From the NCBI RefSeq assembly GCF_004010195.1, contig NC_057719.1, positions 68,289,873 through 68,353,872 of the forward strand: a stretch of DNA of 64,000 bases, read 5' to 3'. Under the pieces are notes generated by a model, which saw nothing but the letters and a program-made list of their open reading frames with translations, searched no databases and was not told where the DNA came from. The translations under genes were made by a program, and so were the position numbers. The first letter of the stretch is position 1. Each line of letters begins with the position of its first letter. This stretch comes from Chiloscyllium plagiosum. Its lineage: Eukaryota. Shown piece after piece: positions 1 through 12,467 of the stretch.

Positions 1-24
1 GCAACCTCTAGAAACAATCATTCG

Positions 25-377
25 ATTCAGAATTAGTCGTCACATGGAGAAAAAGGTTGATTACAAAGTGTCGGCAAGGATTTCGAAAAAGAAAGTTGTG
101 TTGAGCTAACTTGCTGGAGTTTTTGAGGAGGTAACAGAAAGGTTTGATAAGGGTAACACTGTTGATGCACTGCCATACAACAGACTTATGAGGAAATTTT
201 ACAGGCCATGGATTAAATAGAACAGTAACAGCATAGATACTAAAAAGTCTGAGTGATGGGAAACAGAGTGAAATGGTCATTAGATAATTTCCAGTTGTAG
301 CAAGGCTTTGTTGTGGAATTCCCCAAGCGTTAGTTTAAGGACCCTTTTTCTTCCTGATATATTTTAATGATTTATAT
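25..377 (+). mobile_element. CR1-clade LINE reverse transcriptase fragment (decayed)
   Basis: Frameshifted translation follows CR1 RT motifs: QGFRK..SC..NLLEFFEEVTERFDKG, then G(I)PQ..GP.FFLIYFNDL. Cut off by the hAT terminus at 378. Confidence 0.85.
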
Positions 378-2260
378 CAGTGGTTCCCAATCTTTTTGGT
401 ATTAATGAAACAAACAAGTCCACTGTGCACCCACTTTTATCAGCTCAATTGCTTGCTCATAAATGTCACATTTACTTGCATTTATTATGGCCACGGCCTA
501 GCTAGAGATGTTTGCAACATTATGAAAGATCAAAAGCATGCACGTTTGAAATCCACCGACAAGATACAACGTTGTAGACTGTGAGCACAGACACATTTTC
601 AAAATCTGCTTCGTCAACTAGTTCTAATTATTCATGAACAATGGACCACAGCAAAACGGAAACAAGGGTAAACAGCAATTTCCTGGGTTAGTGGAAAATG
701 TGGGCATGTTGTAATCGATTCGAGGGCTACCACAAAGCTTACTCCTCTGACAAGTTCTCCCTCCTATTGTTTCTCATGTACAGCACTGCTGAAAATGCCA
801 GACGTATGTTGTTGCAATGGGAAGAGCATGGTGAAAGATTATTGCATATTCATGTACCACAATTATCTAAAACATATACAAAGACACCTCTCCAAATTTA
901 GCATCATTGTGTGTTTTATCCATAGCTCTGCATATTCCTCATTTTCTTTCAATGTCAATTTTTGTGATGAATCAGAAGCTGGTGCATTAAACAGATTACG
1001 TATCCGGTCATGCCTTTCCAATTTGGTTGAGAAGAGGTAGAATTTCCTTGCAGTTGCTTTTGAGATATTTCAATACGAAGCTGTGAATCATGACAGCTAC
1101 GTCCGCTGATGATCATGCTCATTGAATCATTTCAAGTGAACCCCCTACCACTGTCTCCTACCAAAGGCCCAGGTTTTACCTGAAACATTGAAATTTGTCT
1201 ACAAAGGTCAGGATTATCTTGTTCTTACCCTGCGTTTTAGAGTTCAGCTCATTCAGACAAAATGTCTGTGAGATATGCCGGCTTATTCCACCAGTAATCA
1301 ATAGATAGGCAGGTCATGCATTGTTGAAAACTCTGTCAGTTCTCTCCAGCGCTCATGACCACAAGAGACAACCTTCCCCACAATAACGATTGCACTCTGG
1401 TGTGTACCAGTTAACTCTGAAGTTCAATCCCCATCTCTGCACAGAATATAGTGACCAAATGTGATTTTACTGGCTGTGATTTTATGTAATTCACATTTTT
1501 CACAGCTTGCTCTAATAATGCAGCTAATTCCAGTGGCATTGTTTTGGCTACATGCTCTTCATGTTGGGGGATGCAATGGGTGATTAGACTATCACAATTT
1601 TGGTTGTTCACCTTACTGAAAAACTCTTTGACTTTCTCCATCATGGAGGCTGCTCTGTCAGTGCAAATACTCCAACACATTGGCCCAGGTGAGATTGTAT
1701 TCTTTCAGATAGGGTATCTATTATCTGAAATATCTTTTCATTCAGCGCATGACTTGGTAGCGCCTTACAAAAAATCGAGTTTTCCCGAATGGGAAAACTT
1801 GAATGTTGACTAGCAGCTGGCAATATCCACTTGTATCAGTGGACTAATCAATCTGCAAAGCAAACTTCCCATTAGTAGCCAACATCTCTTGCAGCACCTC
1901 CTATCAGCTGACATGTCATCAATTCACCATTTAACTATTGTCAGGGAATGGAATTTTATTGATCGCTTTTGCAGCAACTGTTCTTGACACTGCACCTACG
2001 ATTTTTGTTGACATACATGTATGATTATGGTTTTGGTAATCATATTGGCTTCTTTGATTTTCCGATAAGCCAAACCACCAGGTAACTAATGTCTTGAGCC
2101 TTACCTGATACATACAGACACTCCGTTGGCTGTTGGGCCTGCTTGATGTTTTGGTCTCTCAAACTCTTGAAGTACTGAATGTGTTTCTTCACAAGAGGTA
2201 GATGTTTTGTTTGTAAACAGTATCTTAACTTAACTTGATACCATCACAGTGTCTGTATTG
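378..2260 (-). mobile_element. hAT (Buster/Charlie-type) DNA transposon, decayed transposase at ~680-2255, one terminus at 378
   Basis: ORF 1411-1680 reads SICTDRAASM..THCIPQHEEHVAK..LEQAVKNVNYIKSQP, matching the CTDGA..THC..HRE pattern of ZBED5/SCAND3/FAM200-like transposases. Further motifs (AYL.DIF..LNELN.K.QGKN; MV.S..L..LQTKH) occur in shifted frames. TIR-like CAGTGGTTCCCAA at 378-390 is preceded by ATTTATAT (nnnTAnnn). Second TIR not found. Confidence 0.85.
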
Positions 2261-3490
2261 ATAAATAGTGGAGATGGAAAAAGCAAAGCAAGACAAGCAG
2301 AGAAGGAGAGTCAATGTTTCAGGCAAGACCCTTCATTGTAGTGTTTGCCCATTTCTCCCTGTAGATGTGACCCTCAGGGTCATGAAAATCAAAAGGCTTG
2401 TTTTCTTTTTCCTTTGGGTTCAGATGTTTCGTTGACTGAATTAGCAGGGCAATTGCTTCTTTTGATGCTGAATTTATCCACTTCTTATTCGAATCTAAGA
2501 CTTAGATAGGTGTTTTTTTTTAAATCCAAAAATATCCACTTTAAAACCTGTGCTGGCATGGAACTGTGTCCAGGCCGACAGGCCGGCCCAACAACCGTTT
2601 GAGTTGTTCTCCTCTTCACTGTCCACACAGTTTCTTCCCACGAGAAATGTTTGGTCTTGCACATACGCATGTGATAAAACTCTGTAGCAAACTAATTGAA
2701 AAATCCCTAATCTAGATCTTAGTGTGTAGAGTACAATTTCAAACTTTACCGAAGAAATGAAATTTGGAAGAATCATAAACTGTGAGGAGGATAGTACAGG
2801 ACTCTGGCTCAGTGTAGAGAAATGTGAGATGATATATTTTGGTAGGAGGAACATTGAGAGACAGTATAAAATCATACAGTATTGAGGAGACCTTTTGACC
2901 TATTGAGTTTGGCAAAAAAAACCTACTCCCACTTCTCCTGAATATATTTCAACAAATCTGCCCCTTCTAAGCCTTTTATGCAATGACTATATCAATTACT
3001 GTTGGAAAAGTTGAATTCCCTTAATATAATTACCCTATTATTGATTTTTCCACACCTCAGTGAATTGTCTTTATATCTGCTGTATTACCCAGTAACTTGG
3101 TTATTTGTTTGTCTGGGTGTCTATAATACACTCCCTGAAATGTGACTGCCTCTTTTTTATTCTTGAGGTTTATGCAAAAGCCTCCTTTGAAGATCCTTCC
3201 ATGATCTTGTGTCTTCTTACTGCAGTAACCAACTCCTTAATTAACTATGTAGCACCATCTCCTCTTTTACATCCTCCCCATTCCAGGCTGAAAATCCTAT
3301 ACCCTGAATGGTCAGCCCTGCCCATGTCTGTGTGATGGCAACAGCATCTCAATTCCATGTGTAAAGCTAAGCTCTTATTTCTCTTACCTCTAATTCTCTG
3401 ATGGCCCGACCTTACTCCCTTGAACCTCAGCTGAAAATGTGTTGCTTGAAAAGTGCAGCAGGTCAGGCACCATCCAGGGAACAGGAGAAT

Positions 3491-3520
3491 CGACGTTTCG
3501 GGCATAAGCCCTTCTTCAGG
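3491..3520 (-). ncRNA. Minimal hammerhead-ribozyme motif in Penelope terminal repeat
   Basis: Minus strand reads C-CTGAAGA-A-GGGC-TTAT-GCCC-GAAA-CGTCG: intact CUGANGA and GAAA core, 4-bp stem II, palindromic ACGT stem III region, GUC cleavage triplet. Stem I is weak. Confidence 0.7.
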
Positions 3521-3757
3521 AATGAGGAAAGTTTGTCCAGCAGGCTAAGATAAAAGGTAGGGAGGAGGGACTTGGGGGAGGGGCGTCGGAAATGTGATAG
3601 GTTGAAAGATGTCAAGGTGAGGACCAGTTCCAAAAACGCACAACCCAGATGGCCTCCTTCTTCAAGGACCGCAATTTCCCCCCGACGTGGTCGACGAGGC
3701 CCTCCACCTCATCTCTTCCACTTCCTGCTCCTCCGCCCTTGAGCCCCGCCCCTCCAA

Positions 3758-4606
3758 NNNNNNNNNNNNNNNNNNNNNNNNNNNNNNNNNNNNNNNNNNN
3801 NNNNNNNNNNNNNNNNNNNNNNNNNNNNNNNNNNNNNNNNNNNNNNNNNNNNNNNNNNNNNNNNNNNNNNNNNNNNNNNNNNNNNNNNNNNNNNNNNNNN
3901 NNNNNNNNNNNNNNNNNNNNNNNNNNNNNNNNNNNNNNNNNNNNNNNNNNNNNNNNNNNNNNNNNNNNNNNNNNNNNNNNNNNNNNNNNNNNNNNNNNNN
4001 NNNNNNNNNNNNNNNNNNNNNNNNNNNNNNNNNNNNNNNNNNNNNNNNNNNNNNNNNNNNNNNNNNNNNNNNNNNNNNNNNNNNNNNNNNNNNNNNNNNN
4101 NNNNNNNNNNNNNNNNNNNNNNNNNNNNNNNNNNNNNNNNNNNNNNNNNNNNNNNNNNNNNNNNNNNNNNNNNNNNNNNNNNNNNNNNNNNNNNNNNNNN
4201 NNNNNNNNNNNNNNNNNNNNNNNNNNNNNNNNNNNNNNNNNNNNNNNNNNNNNNNNNNNNNNNNNNNNNNNNNNNNNNNNNNNNNNNNNNNNNNNNNNNN
4301 NNNNNNNNNNNNNNNNNNNNNNNNNNNNNNNNNNNNNNNNNNNNNNNNNNNNNNNNNNNNNNNNNNNNNNNNNNNNNNNNNNNNNNNNNNNNNNNNNNNN
4401 NNNNNNNNNNNNNNNNNNNNNNNNNNNNNNNNNNNNNNNNNNNNNNNNNNNNNNNNNNNNNNNNNNNNNNNNNNNNNNNNNNNNNNNNNNNNNNNNNNNN
4501 NNNNNNNNNNNNNNNNNNNNNNNNNNNNNNNNNNNNNNNNNNNNNNNNNNNNNNNNNNNNNNNNNNNNNNNNNNNNNNNNNNNNNNNNNNNNNNNNNNNN
4601 NNNNNN
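3758..4606. other. Assembly gap (849 N)
   Basis: Run of N characters. Confidence 1.
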
Positions 4607-4609
4607 ATT

Positions 4610-4639
4610 CCTGAAGAAGGGCTTATGCCTGAAACGTCG
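4610..4639 (+). ncRNA. Minimal hammerhead-ribozyme motif in Penelope terminal repeat
   Basis: CCTGAAGAAGGGCTTATGCCTGAAACGTCG; core intact, stem II carries a G-U pair. Confidence 0.65.
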
Positions 4640-5412
4640 ATTCTCCTGTTCGCTGGATGCTGCCTGACCTGCTGCGCTTTTCCAGCAACACATTTTCAGC
4701 TCTGATCTCCAGCATCTGCAGACCTCACTTTCTCCCTTGAACCTCAACCTGGCTGAACCCCCTCTGCCTTCATTCCCTTACTAATGTATGTTATGTCCCT
4801 ATTATATGAACACCTCCCCCTGTCAAACTAGTTAAATTCCTCCTAACAATCCAAGCAAACCCATCTGCAAGGATGGGGTCCCATTGTGGTGCAGGTGTAG
4901 ACCATCATACACGTAACAAGTTTGGAAATAGGTTTGCCACTTAAGCTGCTGATACATGCTGTATGAGTGATACAAAGCATGGTATTGTACAGTGACACAT
5001 CCACCCTTTGACTGTTCACTGTTTTGAATCATGACACACTGCCTGCCTCTTCGTTTGCACTAAAAGTTAATGTAAGTCAGAGCTAACAGCCTATAACTTA
5101 GCACTGAAGATCCTGTGCACTAAAACATATTGAAGGAATGGAGACATGCAGCCTCCAAATAAGCACAAACTGAGTCAGTGCTGAGAAAGGAAGAAACATA
5201 AGATGCAACCTGTGTAGGTACATGTGATACATCTGTGTCTCTGCATGCGAATCGATCTGGCAAGAAGCATTCAAGTCCTTAGGTATTCTTGAGCTCCAAA
5301 GTGAATCCTGAAGGGCTGAAGGAGTGTGTGAGCCAGCTTATAATGTAGTGAGTCTGGTAGTTTGATTTGAGTGGAGGAGGATGGAGCATACAGGGAGGTT
5401 ATGATGAAGATT

Positions 5413-5588
5413 GTTAAAAATCACACAACATCAGGTTATAGTCCAACATGTTTAATTGGAAGCACACTAGCTTTCGGAGCGTTGCTCCGAAAGCTAGTGT
5501 GCTTCCAATTAAACCTGTTGGACTATAACCTGGTGTTGTGTGATTTTTAACTTTGTACACCCCAGTCCAACACCGGCATCTCCGAATC
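5413..5588 (+). mobile_element. Penelope-derived fold-back mini-element (family 2)
   Basis: 68-bp inverted arms at 5413-5480 and 5484-5551 (2 mismatches, 3-nt loop), plus a tail matching 30590-30629. TSD ATGATGAAGATT at 5401-5412 and 5589-5600. Confidence 0.85.
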
Positions 5589-5884
5589 ATGATGAAGATT
5601 AAGTTGGATGAATATCTAGTGCAGCAAACAGTGAGCTGCTGCCACCAGATGACTACTCTGGCTTTCATGTCAGGAACTGGTGGCATTTGGTTTCCCAGAA
5701 GGAGAGGAGAATGGGAGGTTGCATTGGAATGAGACTAATTTGGCTAATAACAGGATGCAAATTCATGGAAATAAAGGGGTCACAGCATATAAGCAAGATT
5801 CAGAACCCACCATTTAAAACTTATGGGGATAATCCAATTTTTTTTTCATTGTTTTGGAACAAGGTACATCCACTCAATTTTTTT

Positions 5885-6128
5885 TTCATTCAGGATGAAG
5901 GCATCATTGGCTAGGATTGTTTATTGCCAATCCTGTGGGTCTTGAGTCACATGTAGGCCAAACCAGGTAAGGATGGCAGTGAACTAGATAGGCCTTTTCC
6001 AACAATTGACAATGGATTCATGGTCATCATTCAACTCTTAATTCCAGATATTTATTGAATTCAATGGTAGAATTCGTGCCCGAGTCCCCAGAACATTACT
6101 TGAGTCTCTGGAGTAAAAGCCCAGTGAT
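5885..6128 (-). mobile_element. tRNA-derived SINE, second family (decayed)
   Basis: Core GAGTCACATGTAGGCCAAACCAGGTAAG recurs near 33690, and more diverged near 34510 and 36640-36890. Confidence 0.6.
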
Positions 6129-6735
6129 AGAAACACAGAAGATAGAAGCAGGAGGAGGCCATTCAGCCCTTTGAGCCTGCTCGGCCATTCTTTAGATTAA
6201 ATTAGATTATTTAGAGTGTGGAAACAGGCCCTTCGGCCCAACAAGTCCACACTGACCCTCCGAAGAGTAACCCACCCAGACCCATTCCCCCTGACTATTG
6301 CACCTATTACTAGAGGCAATTTAGCATGGCCAATTCACCTGACCTGCACATCTTTGGACTGTGGGAGGAAACAGGAGCACCCGGAGGAAACCCACGTAGA
6401 CACGGGGAGGATGTGTAAACTCCACACAGACAGTCACCCAGGATGGGAATTGAACCTGGGCCCTGGCGCTGTGAGGCAGCAGTGCTAACCACTGAGCCAC
6501 CGTGCCGCCCCAATTTCATCACGTTAATGGCTGATTGTTCAACTCAATAGCCTAATCCTGCTTTCACCCCATAACCTTTGATTCCATTCTCCCCAAGTGC
6601 TTTATCTAGCCGCCTCTTGAATACATCCAGTATCAACTACTTCCTGTGGTAATGAATTCCACAGGCTCATCACTCTTTGGGTGAAGAAATGTCTCCTCAT
6701 CTCCATCCTAAATGGTCTACCCTGAATCCTCAGAT
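6128..6735 (-). mobile_element. CR1 LINE 3' end, interrupted by a SINE
   Basis: GGAGGCCATTCAGCCC tail and CTCTTTGGGTGAAGAAATG (FFTQRV on minus) are typical of CR1 3' ends. Confidence 0.7.
6192..6510 (-). mobile_element. HE1-like V-SINE, full length
   Basis: tRNA-like head GGGCGGCACGGTGGCTCAGTGGTTAGCACT, V-domain TGTGTGGAGTTT..GGTTTCCTCCGGGTGCTCC, CR1-like tail and CTAAT repeats; closely matches 61731-62054. Confidence 0.9.
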
Positions 6736-8245
6736 ATTACCACTTGGCCATGCTGCACTGCACAAAGTGCGCAACAGTATTTCCTTCTTCAGAAGGAAAT
6801 TCTTAATGCATTAACAGGATTCAAAGGAATAGTGCAAGTAACTTGTGGGTATGCTACCTTGTCCAATCAGAGCTCACAGCTTTTTAAATAAAGTTCTTAT
6901 TCTCTATCTGACACAAGTAGGGAGCTATTCAGAAAACAACTGCATGCAGATATCAAGCGTATGTGAGAATTATACCAAAGAAGTGTAAGGAAACAAACTT
7001 GGGTCCTTTTATTCCAAATTCTAATCTGAGCCGGCCTGGAAGGATTTGTACAAATGTGAGGCATAAAATCAAAATGAAATACTTCCCCATTGATTGAGAA
7101 ATGGTTTAATGTTGTAAAGTGAGGAGCTTGCATGGACCCCTTGCTTCAAAACACTACTTGTAAATCAGCCATTTGCTACTGTTTCACCTACGAATGATGA
7201 GTACTCGAAAGACTCGTAGTGCCCAGGAATGCTGTGTTCGGTGAACAGAAATAACACTCATTTCCCATAATATTTAAACTGATCAGCAGCATGTTGTGAT
7301 CATGGGTAGCTGTCGATAAAGGTAGCCACTTTTTTTTGGAAAAAAAAGGTTTTTTTTTTAATCTCATCTATTTGGTCAAGCTTTCAGTCACCCTTCCTTA
7401 AATATTCCTCATTGGTTTAGCATCTATTTCCTTTGTGACTATTTGCAGAGTGCCTTCTCTAACTATAAAAAATGGATGTGGTGTTTTTGTGGTTGAAATA
7501 TGTAGCCCATGAAGCTGCAGGATTTGTATCAATAAAACTAGATTTTTTTGGCAGGGATGTTAACAGTTTCCCGGAATGTAGTCTGATGTATGAATAAAGG
7601 TATTATATCTTAATTATTTTGACAAATAACGTGGTCATCTGTTAAGGCCAAATGATTGATCCACAACTGACTAAAATACAACAAATCACATCTCAGCCAT
7701 GTGATACCACATTATTTCCAAGCCATTGTATTAGTCAGTGGTGTCTCTGTTATCCTTATGATAAACAATGGTATGGCCATGAAAGAACACAACTGTGGAT
7801 TTCCAGGAAGCAAGATTAAGTACCCTTATGAGGATATGAAATCAATAGCTCATCGGGTTCAACTTCGGTCTTCAATGACAAGTCACATTTATGTAGCACA
7901 TACTGAAGCAAGGAATCATTCTGTGGCTCATCCCAGTAGTTGCAAAGAAACACATGCAGAGCCACAGGAGGCTAGGCTTGGTGACTGTAAGGAAAATTGG
8001 TTTTGAGAAGATGTTTACAGACATCATGGATACATGTTCACATGTCAGCTGACATCATCAAAATATCACTGCGTCAACCTTTTTTCAAAATGCTGGATGT
8101 ATTTATTAATTCAAACTTACCGAATTGCCAAGAAGTTTATTGTTCTAGGTTTTGATTATTGCACTTGCTTTTGGAGAAAAGACATGCTGCAACTATTTCT
8201 GTTACTTGAAAATAAATTCTATTGGCTGCAAAATGAATATCCAGC

Positions 8246-8470
8246 AGAAACAGAAATTGCTGGAAAAGCTCAGCAGGTCTGGCAGCACCTGTGGAGAGAA
8301 ATCAGAGTTTACGTTTCGGGCCCATTGATCCTTCTTCACAACAAAGGATCACTGAGCCCGAAACATCAACTCTGATTTCTCTCCTCAAATGTTGCCAGAC
8401 CTGCCGAGCTTTTCCAGCAAGTTCTGTTTTTGTTTCAGATTTCCAGCATCTGTAGTTCTTGCATTTTTTT
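8246..8470 (+). mobile_element. Penelope-derived fold-back mini-element (family 4)
   Basis: Imperfect inverted arms centred at ~8335-8345; AGGATCACTGAGCCCGAAACATC is a hammerhead half-core; followed by a CAGATTTCCAGCATCTG tail. Confidence 0.75.
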
Positions 8471-11400
8471 ATCTTAATGAGGAGGTTGGTGGCCTTTTAC
8501 TGAATAATTGTTACTTTAACCAAGAGTAGAACCTGAATACAACATTTTCATTAGGCAAAACCCAGCGTCTTTAAAATTTTGTGACCAGAATTTTAAAGAT
8601 GTCGCAAAAATCAAAGCTGACTGATGAAATGAACAAAGAGGATGCTGCATGCACTTGGTTATAGACTTTAGTCAGAGTGGGGGCACAGTGGAAATAAGTA
8701 GTGCAGCTGAAGACAACTTGCTGATTCTAAGGAAAAGGAAAATTAACCTTCATAGTAACTGCAATCATTTTTGTTTGTTTTGTGAGCTTTTATGATTTGC
8801 TGATTTGTTTTTTATTTCTGAGTTTAATCAAAGATCATGCCATCCAGCTTCACACACATATCCCATCCTATCGTCTATCATATTGAGACACGTACATTTC
8901 ACACTTCTGCAGCAGGTAGCATTTGTTATGCCAGAAATTTTATACTGCCAAGTTTTAAGACAATAATAAATTTACATTTTCTTCCAAAATGCATGCAACA
9001 ATGAGGGACAGTGCTGTTTTTCCCCACAAATGCGATGTGTATGTTTTATTATGGCACTGCACAAAGATGACACCAATTTCTACTGCACTTAGTTGCAGTA
9101 TTTCATAAAGCTTCTCTCTGTTTGGATTCTACAGTCTCCAATGAAAATTAACCTAATAAATACAATGCTAAGGGTACAAATAATGTCTATTAGAAATGCA
9201 GTATCAAGAGTAGAATTGATTCACATTTTTGGTGACTTATGGAGGCTGCTATGGCTCAAAATGAATTTCCTTTTTTTTCTAATATGTAGATTACCTTTGC
9301 ATTAAATCCCACTACAGATTCAGGTTAAAGAAAATATAGTGTTGCATAATTTACTATTTCCATTCCATAAGTTTGGTTATTAATATTCACGATTTGAACT
9401 AAGTAAGGAAAAGCAGTGTTAATTCCGTACTTTTAGGATTGAAACCCAGGTGAAGGTATTGAGCTAGCTTCCTCTATTCACAGACCCACCTGTATGTAGA
9501 CAATTGTGAATAGATTTTCGGAAGCAACAAATTGACCTCTTTGGTAAAATAATGCTATGTTATTATTAACATTTACCTATTGATATATGTGCCCAATTTT
9601 GAAAACATTCAGTGCAGTAGAAGGTTCTTTTGAACATAAAATAAGATTTATTACTGCAGATTAGTCACAAGTCCTTCCAGTTGGACTATAGGGAATCATC
9701 ACTTCCTGAGGTAGCTTGGCATCAACATCTACAACTCTGTTCCCCACAGCTGAGTATTGACCCCTCCTCCTTGCCCTGCCCCTTGCCATGCCACCCAAAT
9801 TTGAGGTGGGTCCACTATCAGCTTGTGACTCAATCATCCACTGTTCTGCCACAAAGGTGAATATTCGAAGAGCTGCGCTACCCAATCATTAAGCTCCCAG
9901 ATTGTGCAGAAGTTCAGTAGTGATAAAACCCTAACAATGTAATTCAGATGATGAGTGAGCTGCTATTTCCCAGAGGCCATAACTTGTTTATTGCATCTGG
10001 CAGCAAATTAAGGATAGTAAAAAGAAATTAAACCCCAGGCAGCAAGCTAGATAACGCTTCTGCCTGACTAGGTTCTGGGAATGTGAGTTGTATCTCTGAT
10101 TTTAAATTAGGGTTTCTCGAGTTGAGAGTCATGGAACTATGGCACAATAAAACATCACACTCTCTTCATAAAAAACACCCTGGGTCATTCAAATTTAGGA
10201 TTATTTTTCTTAGTTTGTTCACCACCGATGTGTAAAAATTGATTATATTTATTCATTAATTTAATGATGCAATTTACGTCTTGTGACAATATCTCCTGCT
10301 TTATGCAAAAATAGCCAAACCCATTGTAATTCTTGCCCAGGTAATTTATTATTGTTGTTACAGAAAGTTATGGTGTGTTTGGTTTTAATAAAATAAAGAT
10401 GTGTTGTAATAATGTAATTAAAAACTAATATAGATACAGATGGTAAGGAAAAGTCAGAGCATTCTGGGTCTGACATTACTGTTGATGATTTCCCCTTGCC
10501 TCTTCCACTAAAAGTGAATCAGGAAAACAGCTTAACATTAGAAAGAGAATTTTTAGTGCATCATCCTATTAATCCTTGACTACAATATGGAAAAAAGGCA
10601 ATCACTTAAGTGCACTTACCCAAAGTGTGTATCCTTGAAAATAACTTTTGCTAACATTCTTTGAAAGGGATTTAAATGTAATTTGAAGATCTTATGTGAT
10701 GCATTTTTAAAATTCATGATGCAAGGTACTTGGGCATCATCTACATATGGTATCATTTGGGTTTTGTGTATTTGATATAAAGCAGGGAATGAAGGTTTTA
10801 TTATTGCATTCGCGAGTGATTATTGCATTTTTTTGCTGCAAATAAAGGCATAAGATTTGCAACCCAGCAAATGTGATGACATATTTTGTGTCCTTTATGG
10901 GAGTTCTTAAACATCTCAAAACTGGTTCATTTTAACTGGACTTTACTATAAAACAACTGGAACTTGACAAATCTCTGGACGTTGGTTAACTATGTTGCCA
11001 TTCACTATTGTAAAGATGATCCTACCATCTAAACCAGAAGTCTGCGTTTCATAACTAGAGTGCCCTTTAGAGAGATACTGGTGGATGTATTTTATCCCAG
11101 AGCTATTTTTAGTGTATGGATTGACATGCTAAATTGAGTTACTATGTGAGTTTTTAAAAAAAAACATTATGCGGTTAAAGACTAAGTTAACACATAAAAG
11201 AGATTTGACCAAGTTCTCAGTCACTAAAATAAGCTTAAATTTGAAGAAAGTAAACCGATGAAATATTATTGATATCCTGACATATTACGTTTTGGGTGCT
11301 TGTGGCAGTTTACTTTGAGATTATTTTTAAAAAGAAATAATGTCATATCAGACAGACACATCAGCTGTTGTTAGGTTATGACAGATTGGCACCATTACTT

Positions 11401-12467
11401 TCTTTGTTTAACAGATAATTTTATCTGAAAATGTCAATGCCCTTTTGTCCCTTCTTTTTCTTATTTCTGAGTTGACCTATAGTGCTTACTGGACTGTAAT
11501 AGTGATGTACAATGTTGTGCTGCATGAAACATAGATTTTCTGTGAGGTTTAAGAAAGAATGTTCAACATAAACAAAGTACAGCACTGAATATTATTTCTT
11601 CAGTTGTTGCACCACTCTTCCAAGACCATATGGTAGTTAGATACCTAATATGGATGCATCTTTTGTAGATCTTGGCTGGGCTCTTTAGAGTTGTCCTAAT
11701 TTGTCTTCACAAATGCTGCTTGGGATGTAAAGTATGCATGCTGCTGAACCAAGCATCTGAGTCTTTAAGCACTCAAAAACACAAGAGATTAGAAAAAAAA
11801 TGGAAAATGCTGAATAAGGAATATATTGCATTCACCAAATGGTTCTTGTACAAAACTGACCAAATTTGATTCCTTTTGAAAGCAATGTTTTGGTACTTCT
11901 TCTCATCCCTTTAACTGGCTGTTCTGTTTGCGCAGTGAGGTATGCCGAGGTATGCCGAGCTTCTGGGCATGGCGTACTCTACCAGGAGCAAGAAAACAAA
12001 ATCACAGAAGTTAGCAAAGGAAGCTGCAACTTTTCTTCAAAAGTAGGAAAAAGGCAGTGAGTGGAGAAAAGTCTGATTTAAAACAGCGAAGATTTTAAAG
12101 TAAGAGAAGAGTCAAGACCTCTGGTGTTTTGGTGAGCTGCAGAATAAGGCTGGGGTTTGAGACATTGTTGTGGAAAGGAGCTATATCCACACCTGTCCAG
12201 TAGAAACCCAATGGGTGAGCTGTTAAATTACTCTGAATGACTTTACCACAGATTTCTTACATCGTTTACTACTATTTGATTTTAACTTGTTCTTCTGAGT
12301 AAATGACTAAGGCACCTATCTGAAGTTGGTAGTTCTCTTCTTCCATGAAGCAGGTTTGAGGCTAATGGTGTTATTTATGCCCTGAATGCAACATTAATTT
12401 GGACATGAAAGGGCAAGACAGCATGGTTTCCTGACTGGTTGAAGTCCATCAGCCACAAGAGAGCTAA

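Larger units (their letters stand above)
3430..4735 (+). mobile_element. Penelope-like retroelement with inverted 5' terminal repeat, spanning the N gap
   Basis: 3430-3525 is the reverse complement of 4607-4700. ORF remnant DQFQKRTTQMASFFKDRNFP..VVDEALH at 3620-3757. Flanking direct repeat CTCCCTTGAACCTCA at 3415-3429 and 4732-4746 (TSD). Confidence 0.85.
3040..4925 (-). mobile_element. CR1 LINE fragment (ORF1 end / endonuclease start) split by a Penelope insertion
   Basis: 4832-4925 gives DGLHL.HNGT (CR1 ORF1 SGNH-like C-terminus). 3240-3420 gives IRGK..GYRIF..GCKRGDGA (endonuclease N-terminus). The two halves join across the 3430-4735 insertion. Confidence 0.6.

Noticed and set aside
680..2255. 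Host gene ZBED5 / SCAND3 / FAM200
   Set aside because: Heavily disrupted frame, degenerate conserved motifs and a retained TIR.
3649..4747. Three ORFs of more than 320 aa
   Set aside because: Artefacts of the N gap; the flanks are Penelope sequence.
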